Assembly (NCBI GenBank): GCA_964291405.2
Contig: OZ219926.1
Coordinates: 2,144,001-2,208,000 of the forward strand
DNA from: Thermodesulfobacteriota bacterium
GTDB taxonomy: Bacteria; Desulfobacterota; Binatia; Bin18
DNA: 64,000 nt
Direction of reading: 5' to 3'
This document shows, piece after piece, positions 1-9,671 of this stretch. Made by a program: the position numbers and the translations under genes. The notes under the pieces are model-generated. The model was not told the origin of the DNA. It did not search any database and saw only the letters and a program-made list of their open reading frames with translations. Numbering within the stretch: position 1 is the first letter of the stretch; every line of letters starts with the position of its first letter.

Positions 1-2
1 CG

Positions 3-113
3 TCGCCCGACTCGGCCACGCTGTTTGATGACATCTACTACGAACCGGATCACCACGAGCAGGACGAAAAGGTTGTGCCGCTCGAAAAGCGTCGTCAGCA
101 GGCGAGCGTGTAA
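3..113 (+). CDS. pdhA: 3' end of probable pyruvate dehydrogenase E1 alpha subunit (partial)
   Basis: Open frame SPDSATLFDDIYYEP...QASV* ending at TAA 111-113, directly upstream of pdhB; the P-x(4)-LFDDIY stretch fits an E1-alpha C-terminus. Confidence 0.65.
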   Translation, partial: SPDSATLFDDIYYEPDHHEQDEKVVPLEKRRQQASV

Positions 114-123
114 GAGCAGCGCA

Positions 124-145
124 TCCCCCCCTCATTTGGGGGGGA
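124..145. repeat. GC-rich hairpin between pdhA and pdhB
   Basis: TCCCCCCC-TCATTT-GGGGGGGA perfect 8-bp inverted repeat with no U-tract. Confidence 0.5.
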
Positions 146-161
146 AGCGGAGAGCAAGCAG

Positions 162-1139
162 ATGCGAGAGCTGACATACCGGGAGGCGTTGCGAGAGGCC
201 ATGGCAGAAGAGATGGAACGCGACGAGCGCGTGTTTCTCATGGGCGAAGAGGTCGGCCATTATAATGGCGCGTACAAAGTGTCCGAGGGCCTGCTCGACC
301 GTTTTGGTGAGCGCCGGGTGGTGGATACGCCGATTGCGGAAACCGGCTTTGCCGGGGTGGGGATAGGCGCGGCCATGGTTGGGCTGCGACCCATCATTGA
401 GTTCATGACCTGGAATTTTTCGCTATGCGCCTATGACCAACTCGTCAATAACGCGGCCAAGCTGCGCTATATGTCGGGGGGACAAATTACTCTGCCGATC
501 GTCTTTCGTGGTCCAGGTGGGGCCGCGCATCAACTGGCCGCCCAGCACTCCCAGGCTGTCGAGAGCCTGTACGCCTATGTGCCAGGGCTGAAGGTCGTTG
601 CGCCCTCAACTCCTGCCGATGCCAAGGGCTTGCTGAAGGCCGCCATCCGGGACGAAAACCCGGTGATTTTTATTGAGGGCGAAGTCCTGTACGGACGTAA
701 AGGGCCGATCCAGGACGAGGAGTATCAGATTCCGCTCGGACAGGGCGAGGTCAAACGAACGGGCCAGGATGTGACTATTATCGCCTGGTCCAAGATGGTA
801 CACGCCGCCCTGGACGCGGCCACCGAACTGGCAAAAGAAGGCATTGAACTCGAAGTGATCGACCCGCGCACCCTTCGCCCGCTGGACGACCGGATGATTT
901 TTGATTCCGTCAAAAAGACCAACCGCTGTATTATTGTCGAGGAGGGCTGGCCGTTTGCCGGTCTTGGAGCGGAAATCGCCTACCGCATTATGAAGGAAGG
1001 CTTTGATTATCTGGACGCGCCGGTTGTCCGGGTCACTGGCGAAGACGTACCCATGCCCTATGCCAAAAACCTGGAGCATGAAGCCTTCCCTGGTGTTGAA
1101 AAAATCGTTCGTGCGGTCAGAGATGTGCTGTATAGCTAG
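162..1139 (+). CDS. pdhB: Pyruvate dehydrogenase E1 beta subunit
   Basis: REALREAMAEEM, GEEVGHYNGAYKVS, DTPIAE, EFMTWNF and AAQHSQ motifs; 325 aa. Confidence 0.95.
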   Translation: MRELTYREALREAMAEEMERDERVFLMGEEVGHYNGAYKVSEGLLDRFGERRVVDTPIAETGFAGVGIGAAMVGLRPIIEFMTWNFSLCAYDQLVNNAAKLRYMSGGQITLPIVFRGPGGAAHQLAAQHSQAVESLYAYVPGLKVVAPSTPADAKGLLKAAIRDENPVIFIEGEVLYGRKGPIQDEEYQIPLGQGEVKRTGQDVTIIAWSKMVHAALDAATELAKEGIELEVIDPRTLRPLDDRMIFDSVKKTNRCIIVEEGWPFAGLGAEIAYRIMKEGFDYLDAPVVRVTGEDVPMPYAKNLEHEAFPGVEKIVRAVRDVLYS

Positions 1140-1600
1140 GGAGACGGCAGTCCTCCCCCCAGCTCCTCCAGGCGACGTTGCGCACGGGAGAAACTGGGAT
1201 TGATACCCACGGCCTGCTCAAATGCCGCCTGGGCCGCATCGGTCTGACCCAGCCGCATATAGACCTCTCCTAATTCATAGTGGGCCACATCATCGCTCGG
1301 ACAGATCGCCAAGCCAGCCTGATAATAGGCGATGGCCGTTGCGTCATCGGTTGCTTTTCGGGCGGCGTCAAAGTCGTTAAACGCCCGGTTGCACGCCTCG
1401 TTTTGCTGTTGTTGCTGGGCCTGTTGTTGTTGGAGGGCCTCGGTCTCTCGCCGTAACTGTTCGGCTTCCTGGCGTAACCGCTCGATTTCCGCACGCTGCT
1501 CTTCGAGGATGGTAGTGTCGAACAGGCTGCACGAGGCCAGGCATACGCACAGCCCCAGAAAGAGCACAAAAAATGAAGAAGTGGATATACCTCGGGTCAT
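1136..1600 (-). CDS. TPR-repeat lipoprotein with coiled-coil
   Basis: Signal peptide with lipobox-like LASC, Q/E-rich coiled coil, TPR motif AHYELGEVYMRLGQTDAAQAAFEQAVGINP. Confidence 0.75.
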   Translation of the reverse strand: MTRGISTSSFFVLFLGLCVCLASCSLFDTTILEEQRAEIERLRQEAEQLRRETEALQQQQAQQQQQNEACNRAFNDFDAARKATDDATAIAYYQAGLAICPSDDVAHYELGEVYMRLGQTDAAQAAFEQAVGINPSFSRAQRRLEELGGGLPSP

Positions 1601-1608
1601 GCTCCGAA

Positions 1609-1706
1609 TGGGTCTGTTGGGTCTACTTGGGTCCTTTGGGCCAGTTGAGTCAGACTCAATAGACTCAATAAACCCAACAGACTCAACCGACTCAAAAGAC
1701 CCTAAA
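1609..1706. repeat. Palindromic array of imperfect 9-bp tandem repeats
   Basis: Left arm TGGGTCTGT/TGGGTCTACT/TGGGTCCTT/TGGGCCAGT/TGAGTC; right arm GACTCAATA x2, AACCCAACA, GACTCAACC, GACTCAAAA, GACCCTAAA; centre TTGAGTC-A-GACTCAA. Confidence 0.85.
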
Positions 1707-1707
1707 A

Positions 1708-2484
1708 TTAGAAGTTGTCTTTCAGAAAACGGGTCTTTTCCAAGACCGACACAGGGTCGAGGGAGAGGCCTGGGAAGGACCGTTGCACGTGCTCTTGCAG
1801 CTCAGAGCTGTCTACCCGGACAAAGGGGTTGATCTCTTTTTCTTCGCCCACCGTGCCGGGAATGGTCGGCTGGTTTTTGGCTCGCAGATCCTCGGCCCAG
1901 CGCAGTTTTTCCTGGAGTTTCACATTGCCCGGCTCCAGGCTGAGAGCGAAGTTCAGGTTGGTGACGGTATACTCATGCCCGCAGTAAATCTTGGTGTCGT
2001 CCGGTAACTGCATCAGCTTGACCATATTGTTGTGCATGTCTGCGGCCACGCCCTCAAACAAGCGTCCGCAACCGGCAATAAAGAGCGTATCGCCGGTAAA
2101 AATCGACTTTTCCGCTTCAAAATAGGCGGCAATATGGCCGCTGGTATGGCACGGGACAAAGAAAAAGCGCGCTTCGAGGTTTCCAATACGGACCGTATCG
2201 CCCTCATCAACCATATTGGTAATGCACGGCGTGCGCGTCTCGTCCCGCTTATGGCCGTAGACTTTGAGCTGCGGAAACTCTTTCACCAGCTCTTTATTCC
2301 CGCCCACATGGTCCCAGTGGTGATGGGTATTGATGATGGTCGTAAAATTCACGCCCTCGCGCTTGATCGCCGCGGCAACTGGACCGGCCTCGGACGGATC
2401 GACAACGCCGGCCTCGTTGGTCGCTTCATCAATAAGCACATAGGCGTAATTATCGGACAACACGGGGATAGGAAGGATTTTCAT
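1708..2484 (-). CDS. gloB: Hydroxyacylglutathione hydrolase (glyoxalase II)
   Basis: LSDNYAY, THHHWDHVGG, CHTSGH, FTGDTLFIAGCGRLFEG, CGHEYT and EEKEINPF motifs. Confidence 0.93.
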   Translation of the reverse strand: MKILPIPVLSDNYAYVLIDEATNEAGVVDPSEAGPVAAAIKREGVNFTTIINTHHHWDHVGGNKELVKEFPQLKVYGHKRDETRTPCITNMVDEGDTVRIGNLEARFFFVPCHTSGHIAAYFEAEKSIFTGDTLFIAGCGRLFEGVAADMHNNMVKLMQLPDDTKIYCGHEYTVTNLNFALSLEPGNVKLQEKLRWAEDLRAKNQPTIPGTVGEEKEINPFVRVDSSELQEHVQRSFPGLSLDPVSVLEKTRFLKDNF

Positions 2485-2507
2485 GGGTTTCTCCTGACTG
2501 CGCTGTG

Positions 2508-3656
2508 TTACTGCTCCATGGGAAAGCCGTACAGCTTAGCCGCGTTTTCGTAGACGAGTTTGCGGCGGATGTCTTCGGACAGATGGGCGAGCTGCTTGTG
2601 CAGAAATTCCTGGGAGTCCGGCCACACCCCGTCGGGATGCGGAAAGTCCGAGCCCCACATCACGTTGTTGACGCCGACTCGCTCGATCATATCCAGGCCG
2701 GTCTGATCCTGCTGAAAGGTGGCGTACATCTGTCGGTACCAATACTCGCTCGGCTTCATGGTGAGTTCGAGGTCTTGAAACTGATCTTCCCACTCATAGT
2801 CCATCCGTTCCAGGACGTAGGGAATCCAGCCGATCCCGGCTTCACCAATCACCACTCGGCACTGGTGGTAGCGCTCTAGTGCGCCACCATAGATCACCGC
2901 TCCGATGAAGCCGGCGGTGGCAATCTGAAATTCGGTCAGTACGGTGGCCAACCACATCCGCTTGGAGCGGCGGTCTGTGGCCCAGGTCATGTCGAGCTTG
3001 GGACCGATGGTATGCAAATGGATTGGTAGGCCGGTATCGTGCGAGGCTTCCCAGACCGGGTCCCAGTCAAGATGCCATAGCGGCCTCATACCGTGGCGGA
3101 CGGGCAGCTCAGCCCCTTTGAGGCCCATTTTCGCACAGCGACGGACTTCCTCAGCCGTTTTCTCGGGAGACGAAGCCGGCAGGCTCGCAACCGCGGCAAA
3201 ACGACTGGGCGCGGCTCGGCAGAATTCGGCAGCAAAATCATTATAAATCCTGACGACCGTGTCGGTCACCTCGGAATCATCAATCCGAAAGGCGGCGCCG
3301 AGAATACCGTAGATGACTTCACCCACGACACCGTCACGGTCCTGATCCTTGATCCGCAACTCGGGTACGGTCGTGCGCATAATCCCCTTGCCCTGGTCCT
3401 CGTAGAGGCCGGTTGAGGCCATCCGGTCGGCCCGATGAATCTGGCCTGGGATATACTGCCGGCCGGCCGAACCCATCCCGCCGACCAGCCCCATACTGGT
3501 TCCGTTGTGGGCGACCCAGGTTTTCCCCTCCGCTGCCTCGATCACCCGAGGCATTTTGTCTTTGAGGTGGGCCGGAGCATTCTCGGTAAAAAGAGAGGCC
3601 GGCAAACACGGGATGTCCATATGCCCGTCGGCCGAGATGACCGGGTGATTAAACAT
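2508..3656 (-). CDS. Amidohydrolase family protein (Amidohydro_2)
   Basis: ISADGH, PIHLH, EAGIGWIP and WGSDFPHPDG motifs. Confidence 0.88.
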   Translation of the reverse strand: MFNHPVISADGHMDIPCLPASLFTENAPAHLKDKMPRVIEAAEGKTWVAHNGTSMGLVGGMGSAGRQYIPGQIHRADRMASTGLYEDQGKGIMRTTVPELRIKDQDRDGVVGEVIYGILGAAFRIDDSEVTDTVVRIYNDFAAEFCRAAPSRFAAVASLPASSPEKTAEEVRRCAKMGLKGAELPVRHGMRPLWHLDWDPVWEASHDTGLPIHLHTIGPKLDMTWATDRRSKRMWLATVLTEFQIATAGFIGAVIYGGALERYHQCRVVIGEAGIGWIPYVLERMDYEWEDQFQDLELTMKPSEYWYRQMYATFQQDQTGLDMIERVGVNNVMWGSDFPHPDGVWPDSQEFLHKQLAHLSEDIRRKLVYENAAKLYGFPMEQ

Positions 3657-3779
3657 AGCGAGTCCTCCATATATTTAAGAGGTCAGAGAGCACTGCCCGC
3701 GCTTCTCCGCTGCGGGTCATGTCCACTGCGAGTCTTTTCTTAGCAGAAAGCGACAAGCAGGGGAAAGCGTGCTGTTACC

Positions 3780-5000
3780 TTGCCGGACGAGGAGCCGTGT
3801 GAAACAAGAACGCTGTCCCCATGCCACTCCCGGACTCGTATTTTGAACTGGCGCGTTTTCTATAGCCTGAACCTCGCGATTTTCACCTCTATGCTCGGCA
3901 TGGGCATCGTGATTCCGTTCATGCCGATTTACGCCAAGGAATTGGGCGCGACCGGAGTCAGTATCGGGGTGTTCTTTGCCAGCTTTCCCCTCGCTCAGAT
4001 CTTGTTTATGCCGCTCATTGGCCGGCTGTCCGACCGGCACGGCCGCAAGGCGTTTATTGCTGCCGGCCTGCTGCTCAGCAGTCTGATGTCGCTGGTCTAT
4101 GTGTCTGCCCCCAACATCGTGTACTTGACCCTGGGTCGGTTTTTCCAGGGGATTGCGGTTGCCCTCATTATTCCCATCTCGACCGCCTACGTCGGTGACC
4201 TTGCTCCCGCGGAGAAACGGGGCGAGTTGATGGGCATCTTCAATCTGGCCCTGACCAGTAGTATTGGAGTCGGTCCCCTGTTCGGGGGTTGGCTGAGCGA
4301 TACGTATGGCATGGCACTCAGTTTTTATTTAATGGGCGGCTTGAACGGACTGGCTTTTCTCTTTGTCCTGTTCTTTTTGGATGAGACTCGTTCTCCCCAC
4401 GCGGAGGTGCAGCGACCGCCGTCCTACCGCGAACTCTTACGCAGACCAAGTGTGCGCGGGATTGCCCTGTATCGCATGGTGACGTCCATTCAGATGGGAC
4501 TCTGGTTCTCCTTCCTCCCGTTGCTGGCCGTCGAACTATTGCAGCTCAGCCAATCCCGCATTGGGATCATCATGGCGACGTATATGCTGGTGAACAGCCT
4601 CGTCCAGATCCCATTTGGACGCATGGCCGACCGCTATAGCAAGCGGCTGCTGATTATCATCAGTGGCTACCTGGCCTCCTTCACGTTTGTGACCATCCTC
4701 TTTTCCGCTGGCTTCTGGGATTTACTGCTCATTAGTGCCTTCACCGGAATCATGGGAGCCTTGGCCGGCCCTGCTCTAACAGCCTTGGCCGCCGGCGAGG
4801 GCAAGCAGGGCGGAATGGGAGCGATGATGGGTGTGCTGAATATGGCGCTGAGCATCGGCATGATGCTCGGCCCGGTCGTCGCCGGGATGCTGTCGGATAT
4901 TGTCGGCCTACGGCCTCTATTCGGGTTTGGGGCAGTTGCCGGCGGGATTGGGACGCTGATATTTACCTGGCTGACCACAGAGAAGCCGGTAGTGAAATAG
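3780..5000 (+). CDS. MFS transporter (DHA1/TetA-like); true start may be ~3843
   Basis: About 12 hydrophobic segments; MFS motif A GRLSDRHGRK and its repeat GRMADRYSKR. Confidence 0.9.
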   Translation: MPDEEPCETRTLSPCHSRTRILNWRVFYSLNLAIFTSMLGMGIVIPFMPIYAKELGATGVSIGVFFASFPLAQILFMPLIGRLSDRHGRKAFIAAGLLLSSLMSLVYVSAPNIVYLTLGRFFQGIAVALIIPISTAYVGDLAPAEKRGELMGIFNLALTSSIGVGPLFGGWLSDTYGMALSFYLMGGLNGLAFLFVLFFLDETRSPHAEVQRPPSYRELLRRPSVRGIALYRMVTSIQMGLWFSFLPLLAVELLQLSQSRIGIIMATYMLVNSLVQIPFGRMADRYSKRLLIIISGYLASFTFVTILFSAGFWDLLLISAFTGIMGALAGPALTALAAGEGKQGGMGAMMGVLNMALSIGMMLGPVVAGMLSDIVGLRPLFGFGAVAGGIGTLIFTWLTTEKPVVK

Positions 5001-5187
5001 CGCCGAGAGGCGGTCAACAGTTACTTTCCAGGTCACCTGAAACCTAACCAGCAGCTTATATGGAATGCCTATACCGGCAGCTTGTACGAGACAAGCTGCA
5101 TCTGTTACAAACGCTTTCCTGCGAGTCTTTTGTATTACGCAATGGTTTACAAACCAGACCCGACAGCACCAAGAACTACGAAGAACC

Positions 5188-6789
5188 ATGCAATTTGATC
5201 TCAAGACTCTACGCGGGGACATCTTCGGAGGTATTGCCTCGGCCGTAGTGGCCCTACCGCTGGCCTTGGCCTTTGGCGTAGCCTCCGGTTTGGGTCCGGT
5301 CGCCGGGCTATACGGCGCGATAGTGGTCGGATTCCTGGCCGTGGTACTGGGCGGAACACCGACGCAGATATCCGGGCCCACCGGGCCGACCGCGATTGCC
5401 ACCGCGGTCATCGTCACCCATCACGCCGAAAACCTGGCCGAGGTCGCAACCATCGTTATCCTGAGCGGGCTGCTCCAGATCGCTTTCGGCCTGCTCCGGT
5501 TCGGACGGTTCGTGACCTATACGCCGTATTCCGTTGTCTCGGGGTTTATGTCCGGCATCGGCGTTATCATAATTCTCCTGCAGACCCTGACTTTCCTGGG
5601 GGCATCAGCGGTGGTCGGAGGACCGCTTGACGCCGTCCGGGCATGGCCTACGGCCCTGGCCAACCTCAATCCGGATGCCCTGCTCATCGCCGCCGTAGCA
5701 CTCGGGGTTGGCATCTTCTGGCCCCGCCGGTTACATAATATATTACCCTCACCGCTCGCAGCCCTGCTCCTCGGAACGGTCGTGGCAGAGCTCTGGTTTC
5801 CCGCCGCGCCAGTGATTGGTGAAGTCCCTACCGGGTTTCCCGAACCGCAATGGCCCGTCCTTTCCGGAGGGTTTTTGTTCAAAATGTTAGAACCGGCGCT
5901 GATTCTCGCTCTGGTGAACTCCATCGACAGTTTGTTGACCTCGCTGGTGGCCGATTCCATGACCCGGACGCAACACAACTCGGACCGGGAATTGTTTGGT
6001 CAGGGTGTGGGCAACGTGGCGGCCGGTCTGCTCGGTGTCATGCCTGGGGCGGGCGCGACCATGCGAACGATACTCAACGTACGGGTCGGCGGGCGCACGG
6101 CGATCTCTGGTGCCTTACACGCCGTACTCCTCCTGGCCTTCATATTTGGCCTTGGCCCGCTCGTCGAGCGAGTGCCGGAAGCCTGCCTGGCCGGCATCCT
6201 GATGAAGGTGGGCTGGGACATCATCGACTGGCGCTTCCTGCTACGGATTCGTCACGCGACGACGGAAAACGTAGTCATCATGCTGCTGACGCTGGTGCTG
6301 ACCGTGTTCGTTGATCTCATCATGGCGGTTGGTGTGGGGCTGGTCGTGGCGGGCTTCGTCTCTGCGCGTCGCTTGGAACCCGAGGAGTTGAAGAAGGTCG
6401 TATCCGTACCGCTTCTGGATGCCGTGGTCTCTCCAGAGGCGGAGAAATCCTACGATGCCCGTGTCGGGCTCGTCGCCCTCCCCGGCCACTTTTCCGTAGC
6501 GTCTGCGCGGGAACTGGCGCGGTCGGTTGGGGCGGATATCAAGGATCACGAGGTGGTCATCTTCGACTTTTCGGACGTGACGTATATCGACGACAGTGCG
6601 GCCCTCGTTATCGAGGATCTGGCCGAGGTTTCCCAAACGGAGGCCAAGGGCTGCGTTGTCGCTGGATTATCCGGTTCGGCTGAGGAGGCGTTACGGATGT
6701 TCGGCATTCATGACCGCATTCCTTCAGAGCATTTCGTGCCCGACCTTGAGACGGCGAAAAAACTGGCCTGGGAACTGGTCAACGGATGA
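5188..6789 (+). CDS. SulP/SLC26 inorganic anion transporter with C-terminal STAS domain (BicA-like)
   Basis: GDIFGG..VVALPLALAFGVASG, QISGPTGP, GAGATMRT and STAS VIFDFSDVTYIDDS; start set at ATG 5188 (MQFDLKTL). Confidence 0.92.
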   Translation: MQFDLKTLRGDIFGGIASAVVALPLALAFGVASGLGPVAGLYGAIVVGFLAVVLGGTPTQISGPTGPTAIATAVIVTHHAENLAEVATIVILSGLLQIAFGLLRFGRFVTYTPYSVVSGFMSGIGVIIILLQTLTFLGASAVVGGPLDAVRAWPTALANLNPDALLIAAVALGVGIFWPRRLHNILPSPLAALLLGTVVAELWFPAAPVIGEVPTGFPEPQWPVLSGGFLFKMLEPALILALVNSIDSLLTSLVADSMTRTQHNSDRELFGQGVGNVAAGLLGVMPGAGATMRTILNVRVGGRTAISGALHAVLLLAFIFGLGPLVERVPEACLAGILMKVGWDIIDWRFLLRIRHATTENVVIMLLTLVLTVFVDLIMAVGVGLVVAGFVSARRLEPEELKKVVSVPLLDAVVSPEAEKSYDARVGLVALPGHFSVASARELARSVGADIKDHEVVIFDFSDVTYIDDSAALVIEDLAEVSQTEAKGCVVAGLSGSAEEALRMFGIHDRIPSEHFVPDLETAKKLAWELVNG

Positions 6790-6905
6790 AGCGTGGGGGG
6801 AGGAAAACGGAACGTAGCGCTGCTCCAGGTACGGGTGACCGTAACGTTCCCGGTGTGATAGAAGCACTGGAAGAGATGAGATTACAGTAAAGACGAAAGG
6901 AGAAT

Positions 6906-7202
6906 ATGATTATGCCAGCCTATCTCGTTGGTGGAGTAGATGTGAGTGATCCTGCCTGGGTGGCAGAGTATGGACCGAAGGTTGAGGCCCTGGTGGAGAA
7001 GCACGGCGGCCGGTATCTGGTACGCGGCGGGGAGATGGATGTCGTAGAAGGCACAACGCCGGCCGGCCGGGTAATGGTCGTCGTTGAATTCCCCTCCCTG
7101 GAGGCCGCCCGGGCATGGTATAACGACCCGGAGTACACCCCACTGATTAAGCTGCGCCAAACCGGTTCCGAGGCTGAGATTGTCCTGGTCGAAGGACTGT
7201 AA
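6906..7202 (+). CDS. DUF1330 domain protein
   Basis: HGGRYLVRGG..VVEG, VVVEFPSLEAARAWYNDPEY; SD AAGGAG upstream. Confidence 0.9.
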   Translation: MIMPAYLVGGVDVSDPAWVAEYGPKVEALVEKHGGRYLVRGGEMDVVEGTTPAGRVMVVVEFPSLEAARAWYNDPEYTPLIKLRQTGSEAEIVLVEGL

Positions 7203-7320
7203 TTCCAGCAGCGGTTAGCGGAAACGCGGCTTCTGCGGGTCGTGTCACTTCGTCATTTGCGAGAAGCCCCAGTGTAGGAGCCTGTCTTTACATGGGGTAT
7301 TTTCGGTAGTGGTGGGGTTC

Positions 7321-8520
7321 CTACGCTCCGCTCAGGCGCTGGAGTGCCGCCTCTATCTGATTGAGGCCCTGCTCAAGATTCTGCATGGACGTGGCGTACG
7401 AAATACGGACGTGCTCCGCAGAGCCAAAACCCTCGCCTGCGACCAGGGCAACCTTGGCCTCTTCCAGGAGATACAGCGAGAAGTCCATGGCCGACGCAAT
7501 GGTTTTGTCCTGCCATTGGGGTCCGAAGCAACCCGAGACCCGTGGAAAGACATAAAACGCGCCCTCCGGCAGCGTACAGGTGATGCCGGGGATGGCCCGG
7601 AGTCGATCAACCACATAATTGCGTCGCTTGGCAAACTCTTTGGCCATGACGCCGACCGGTTCCTGGTCACCGGTCAGGGCCTCAATCGCCGCAGCCTGAG
7701 CGATCGAGTTCGGGTTTGAGGTGCTCTGGCTCTGGATGGTTTCCATCGCCTTAATGACTTCCTGCGGTCCGGCGGCATAGCCCAAACGCCAGCCGGTCAT
7801 GGCGTAGGTTTTTGAGACCGAATTAGCCACCAGCACCCGGCCGCGCAGACCCGGCTTGAGGGCGAGCAAATGGGCACAGCGCGGGGCGTCGTACAGAAAT
7901 TTCTCGTACACGTCGTCAGAGATGGTGAACAGCTCGCTGGACTCGATCACCTCAGCAATCCGGCTAAGCTCGTCCTCGGTGTAGGCGGCACCGGTCGGAT
8001 TGGACGGGCTGTTGAGCAATAACACCTTACTGTGCGGGCCGAGTGCGGTGCGGAGTTGGGCGTCCGTAATTTTGAAACCCGTCTCTTCCGTTGTGGGCAG
8101 GAGTTTCGGTATCCCGCCGGCCAGCACCACGATATCGGAATAGCTGACCCAATAGGGCGCGGGTATGAGCACTTCATCTCCAGGGCCGATCAGGGCATGA
8201 AAGGCGTTAAAGAGAATATGTTTCCCACCACAACCGGTCGTGACTTCCGGGAGGGCATATTCGAGGCCATTGTCGCGCTGGAGTTTCGCGATAATGGCCT
8301 CTTTGACATCCGCGGTGCCGCCAACCGGCGTATACTTGGTCTTGCCGTGTTTGAGCGCTGCAATAGCCGCGTCTTTAATATGTTCCGGGGTATCAAAGTC
8401 GGGCTCGCCAGCCCCAAAATCAATGACCTCAATCCCCTCGCGACGGAGCGCCGCAACTTTCACCGTGACCATGAGGGTCGGCGATGGTTTGACCTGATCC
8501 AGACGTGGTGACAGACGCAT
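7321..8520 (-). CDS. aspC: Aspartate aminotransferase (class I/II PLP-dependent)
   Basis: GEPDFDTP, PYWVSY, NSPSNPTG, SDDVY and SKTYAMTGWRLGY motifs. Confidence 0.9.
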   Translation of the reverse strand: MRLSPRLDQVKPSPTLMVTVKVAALRREGIEVIDFGAGEPDFDTPEHIKDAAIAALKHGKTKYTPVGGTADVKEAIIAKLQRDNGLEYALPEVTTGCGGKHILFNAFHALIGPGDEVLIPAPYWVSYSDIVVLAGGIPKLLPTTEETGFKITDAQLRTALGPHSKVLLLNSPSNPTGAAYTEDELSRIAEVIESSELFTISDDVYEKFLYDAPRCAHLLALKPGLRGRVLVANSVSKTYAMTGWRLGYAAGPQEVIKAMETIQSQSTSNPNSIAQAAAIEALTGDQEPVGVMAKEFAKRRNYVVDRLRAIPGITCTLPEGAFYVFPRVSGCFGPQWQDKTIASAMDFSLYLLEEAKVALVAGEGFGSAEHVRISYATSMQNLEQGLNQIEAALQRLSGA

Positions 8521-8607
8521 TTTTTCCTTACACTCCTCTTGTCGGACACGCGGTCTGCATGCCGCTCAGACAACGACGTGCAGCGTCATACGCGCGCGCA
8601 TAGACAT

Positions 8608-9102
8608 TCAGGCTCTCTGCGCGAATTTCTCGCGGAGTCGTCTTTCAACATGGGGCGGGACGAGACCCTTCACGGAACCGTCCAGACTGGCAATTTCTTT
8701 GACCAAGCGGGCCGCAGTATAAAAATGGGCCGCCCCGGTCGTCAGAAAAACCGTATCAATATCAGGCTTCATATGACGGTTCATGAGCGCCATCTGAAAC
8801 TCGTATTCAAAATCCGAGGCTGCGCGTAACCCCCGGATGATAATCTTGGCCTGCATGCGCTCAACGTAATCGACCAGCAAGCCATGAAAGCTGTCGTAGA
8901 TCACCCGGTCGCCCGCCTCCTTCAATTCCTCGCGGAACATGTCGAGCCGTTCCTGGGGAGCGAACAGATAGTTCTCTTTCTGTGGGTTATACACAACGGC
9001 AACCACGACTTCGTCGGTAAGCTCAAGGCTCCGTCGGACGATGTCAATATGTCCATAGGTCGGTGGGTCAAAAGAGCCAGGGTATATAGCGCGGCGTTTC
9101 AC
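8608..9102 (-). CDS. coaD: Phosphopantetheine adenylyltransferase
   Basis: AIYPGSFDPPTYGH and IIRGLRAASDFEYEFQMALMN motifs. Confidence 0.97.
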   Translation of the reverse strand: MKRRAIYPGSFDPPTYGHIDIVRRSLELTDEVVVAVVYNPQKENYLFAPQERLDMFREELKEAGDRVIYDSFHGLLVDYVERMQAKIIIRGLRAASDFEYEFQMALMNRHMKPDIDTVFLTTGAAHFYTAARLVKEIASLDGSVKGLVPPHVERRLREKFAQRA

Positions 9103-9671
9103 TCGGATTCCTCACCCTCATGCTGGTAAAAAGACACCTCGGTTGTGCCGTAACGGCGACGGTCCGTCAATACCAAGGGGGGGTAGGTCGGGGCTCCGGA
9201 TTCCTGCCGTGCGTGCTCAACAACGATCCAGGCTCCTGGGAGGAGCACCGGGCTCCGCGCCAAACGCCGCAGGGTTTTATCCACCCAGCCTTCCCCATAC
9301 GGCGGGTCCAGAAACACCCCGCCAAAACGGAGCCCCTGGTCTTCCACGATACGAATCCCGGTGAGGGCGGAGGCTCGCAGCAGACGACCATGATGGAGCA
9401 GCTTCGTGGTTTTGAGGTTGGTGCGAATGACTTTTTGTGCGTCTGGACTGGCATCAACGAACACGCCAGAGCGCCCGCCCCGGCTTAAGGCTTCTATACC
9501 AAGTCCGCCGGTCCCGGCGAACAGGTCGAGGATGTCTATATCGGTGAGGGGAAATCGACTGGCGAGGATATTGAAAACAGACTCTCTGACTCGGTCGGCA
9601 GTGGGCCGGATCTTGTGTCCTTTGGGCACCACCAGGGTGAGCCCACCTGCCGAGCCGGAGATGACTCGCAT
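9099..9671 (-). CDS. rsmD: 16S rRNA (guanine966-N2)-methyltransferase
   Basis: MRVISG, RPTADRVRESVFN, LDLFAGTGGLGIEALSRG and FLDPPY motifs; canonical rsmD-coaD pairing. Confidence 0.96.
   Translation of the reverse strand: MRVISGSAGGLTLVVPKGHKIRPTADRVRESVFNILASRFPLTDIDILDLFAGTGGLGIEALSRGGRSGVFVDASPDAQKVIRTNLKTTKLLHHGRLLRASALTGIRIVEDQGLRFGGVFLDPPYGEGWVDKTLRRLARSPVLLPGAWIVVEHARQESGAPTYPPLVLTDRRRYGTTEVSFYQHEGEESE

Noticed and set aside
1609-1706. Possible CRISPR array
   Set aside because: Units are 9 bp with no unique spacers and no cas genes; it is a palindromic tandem repeat
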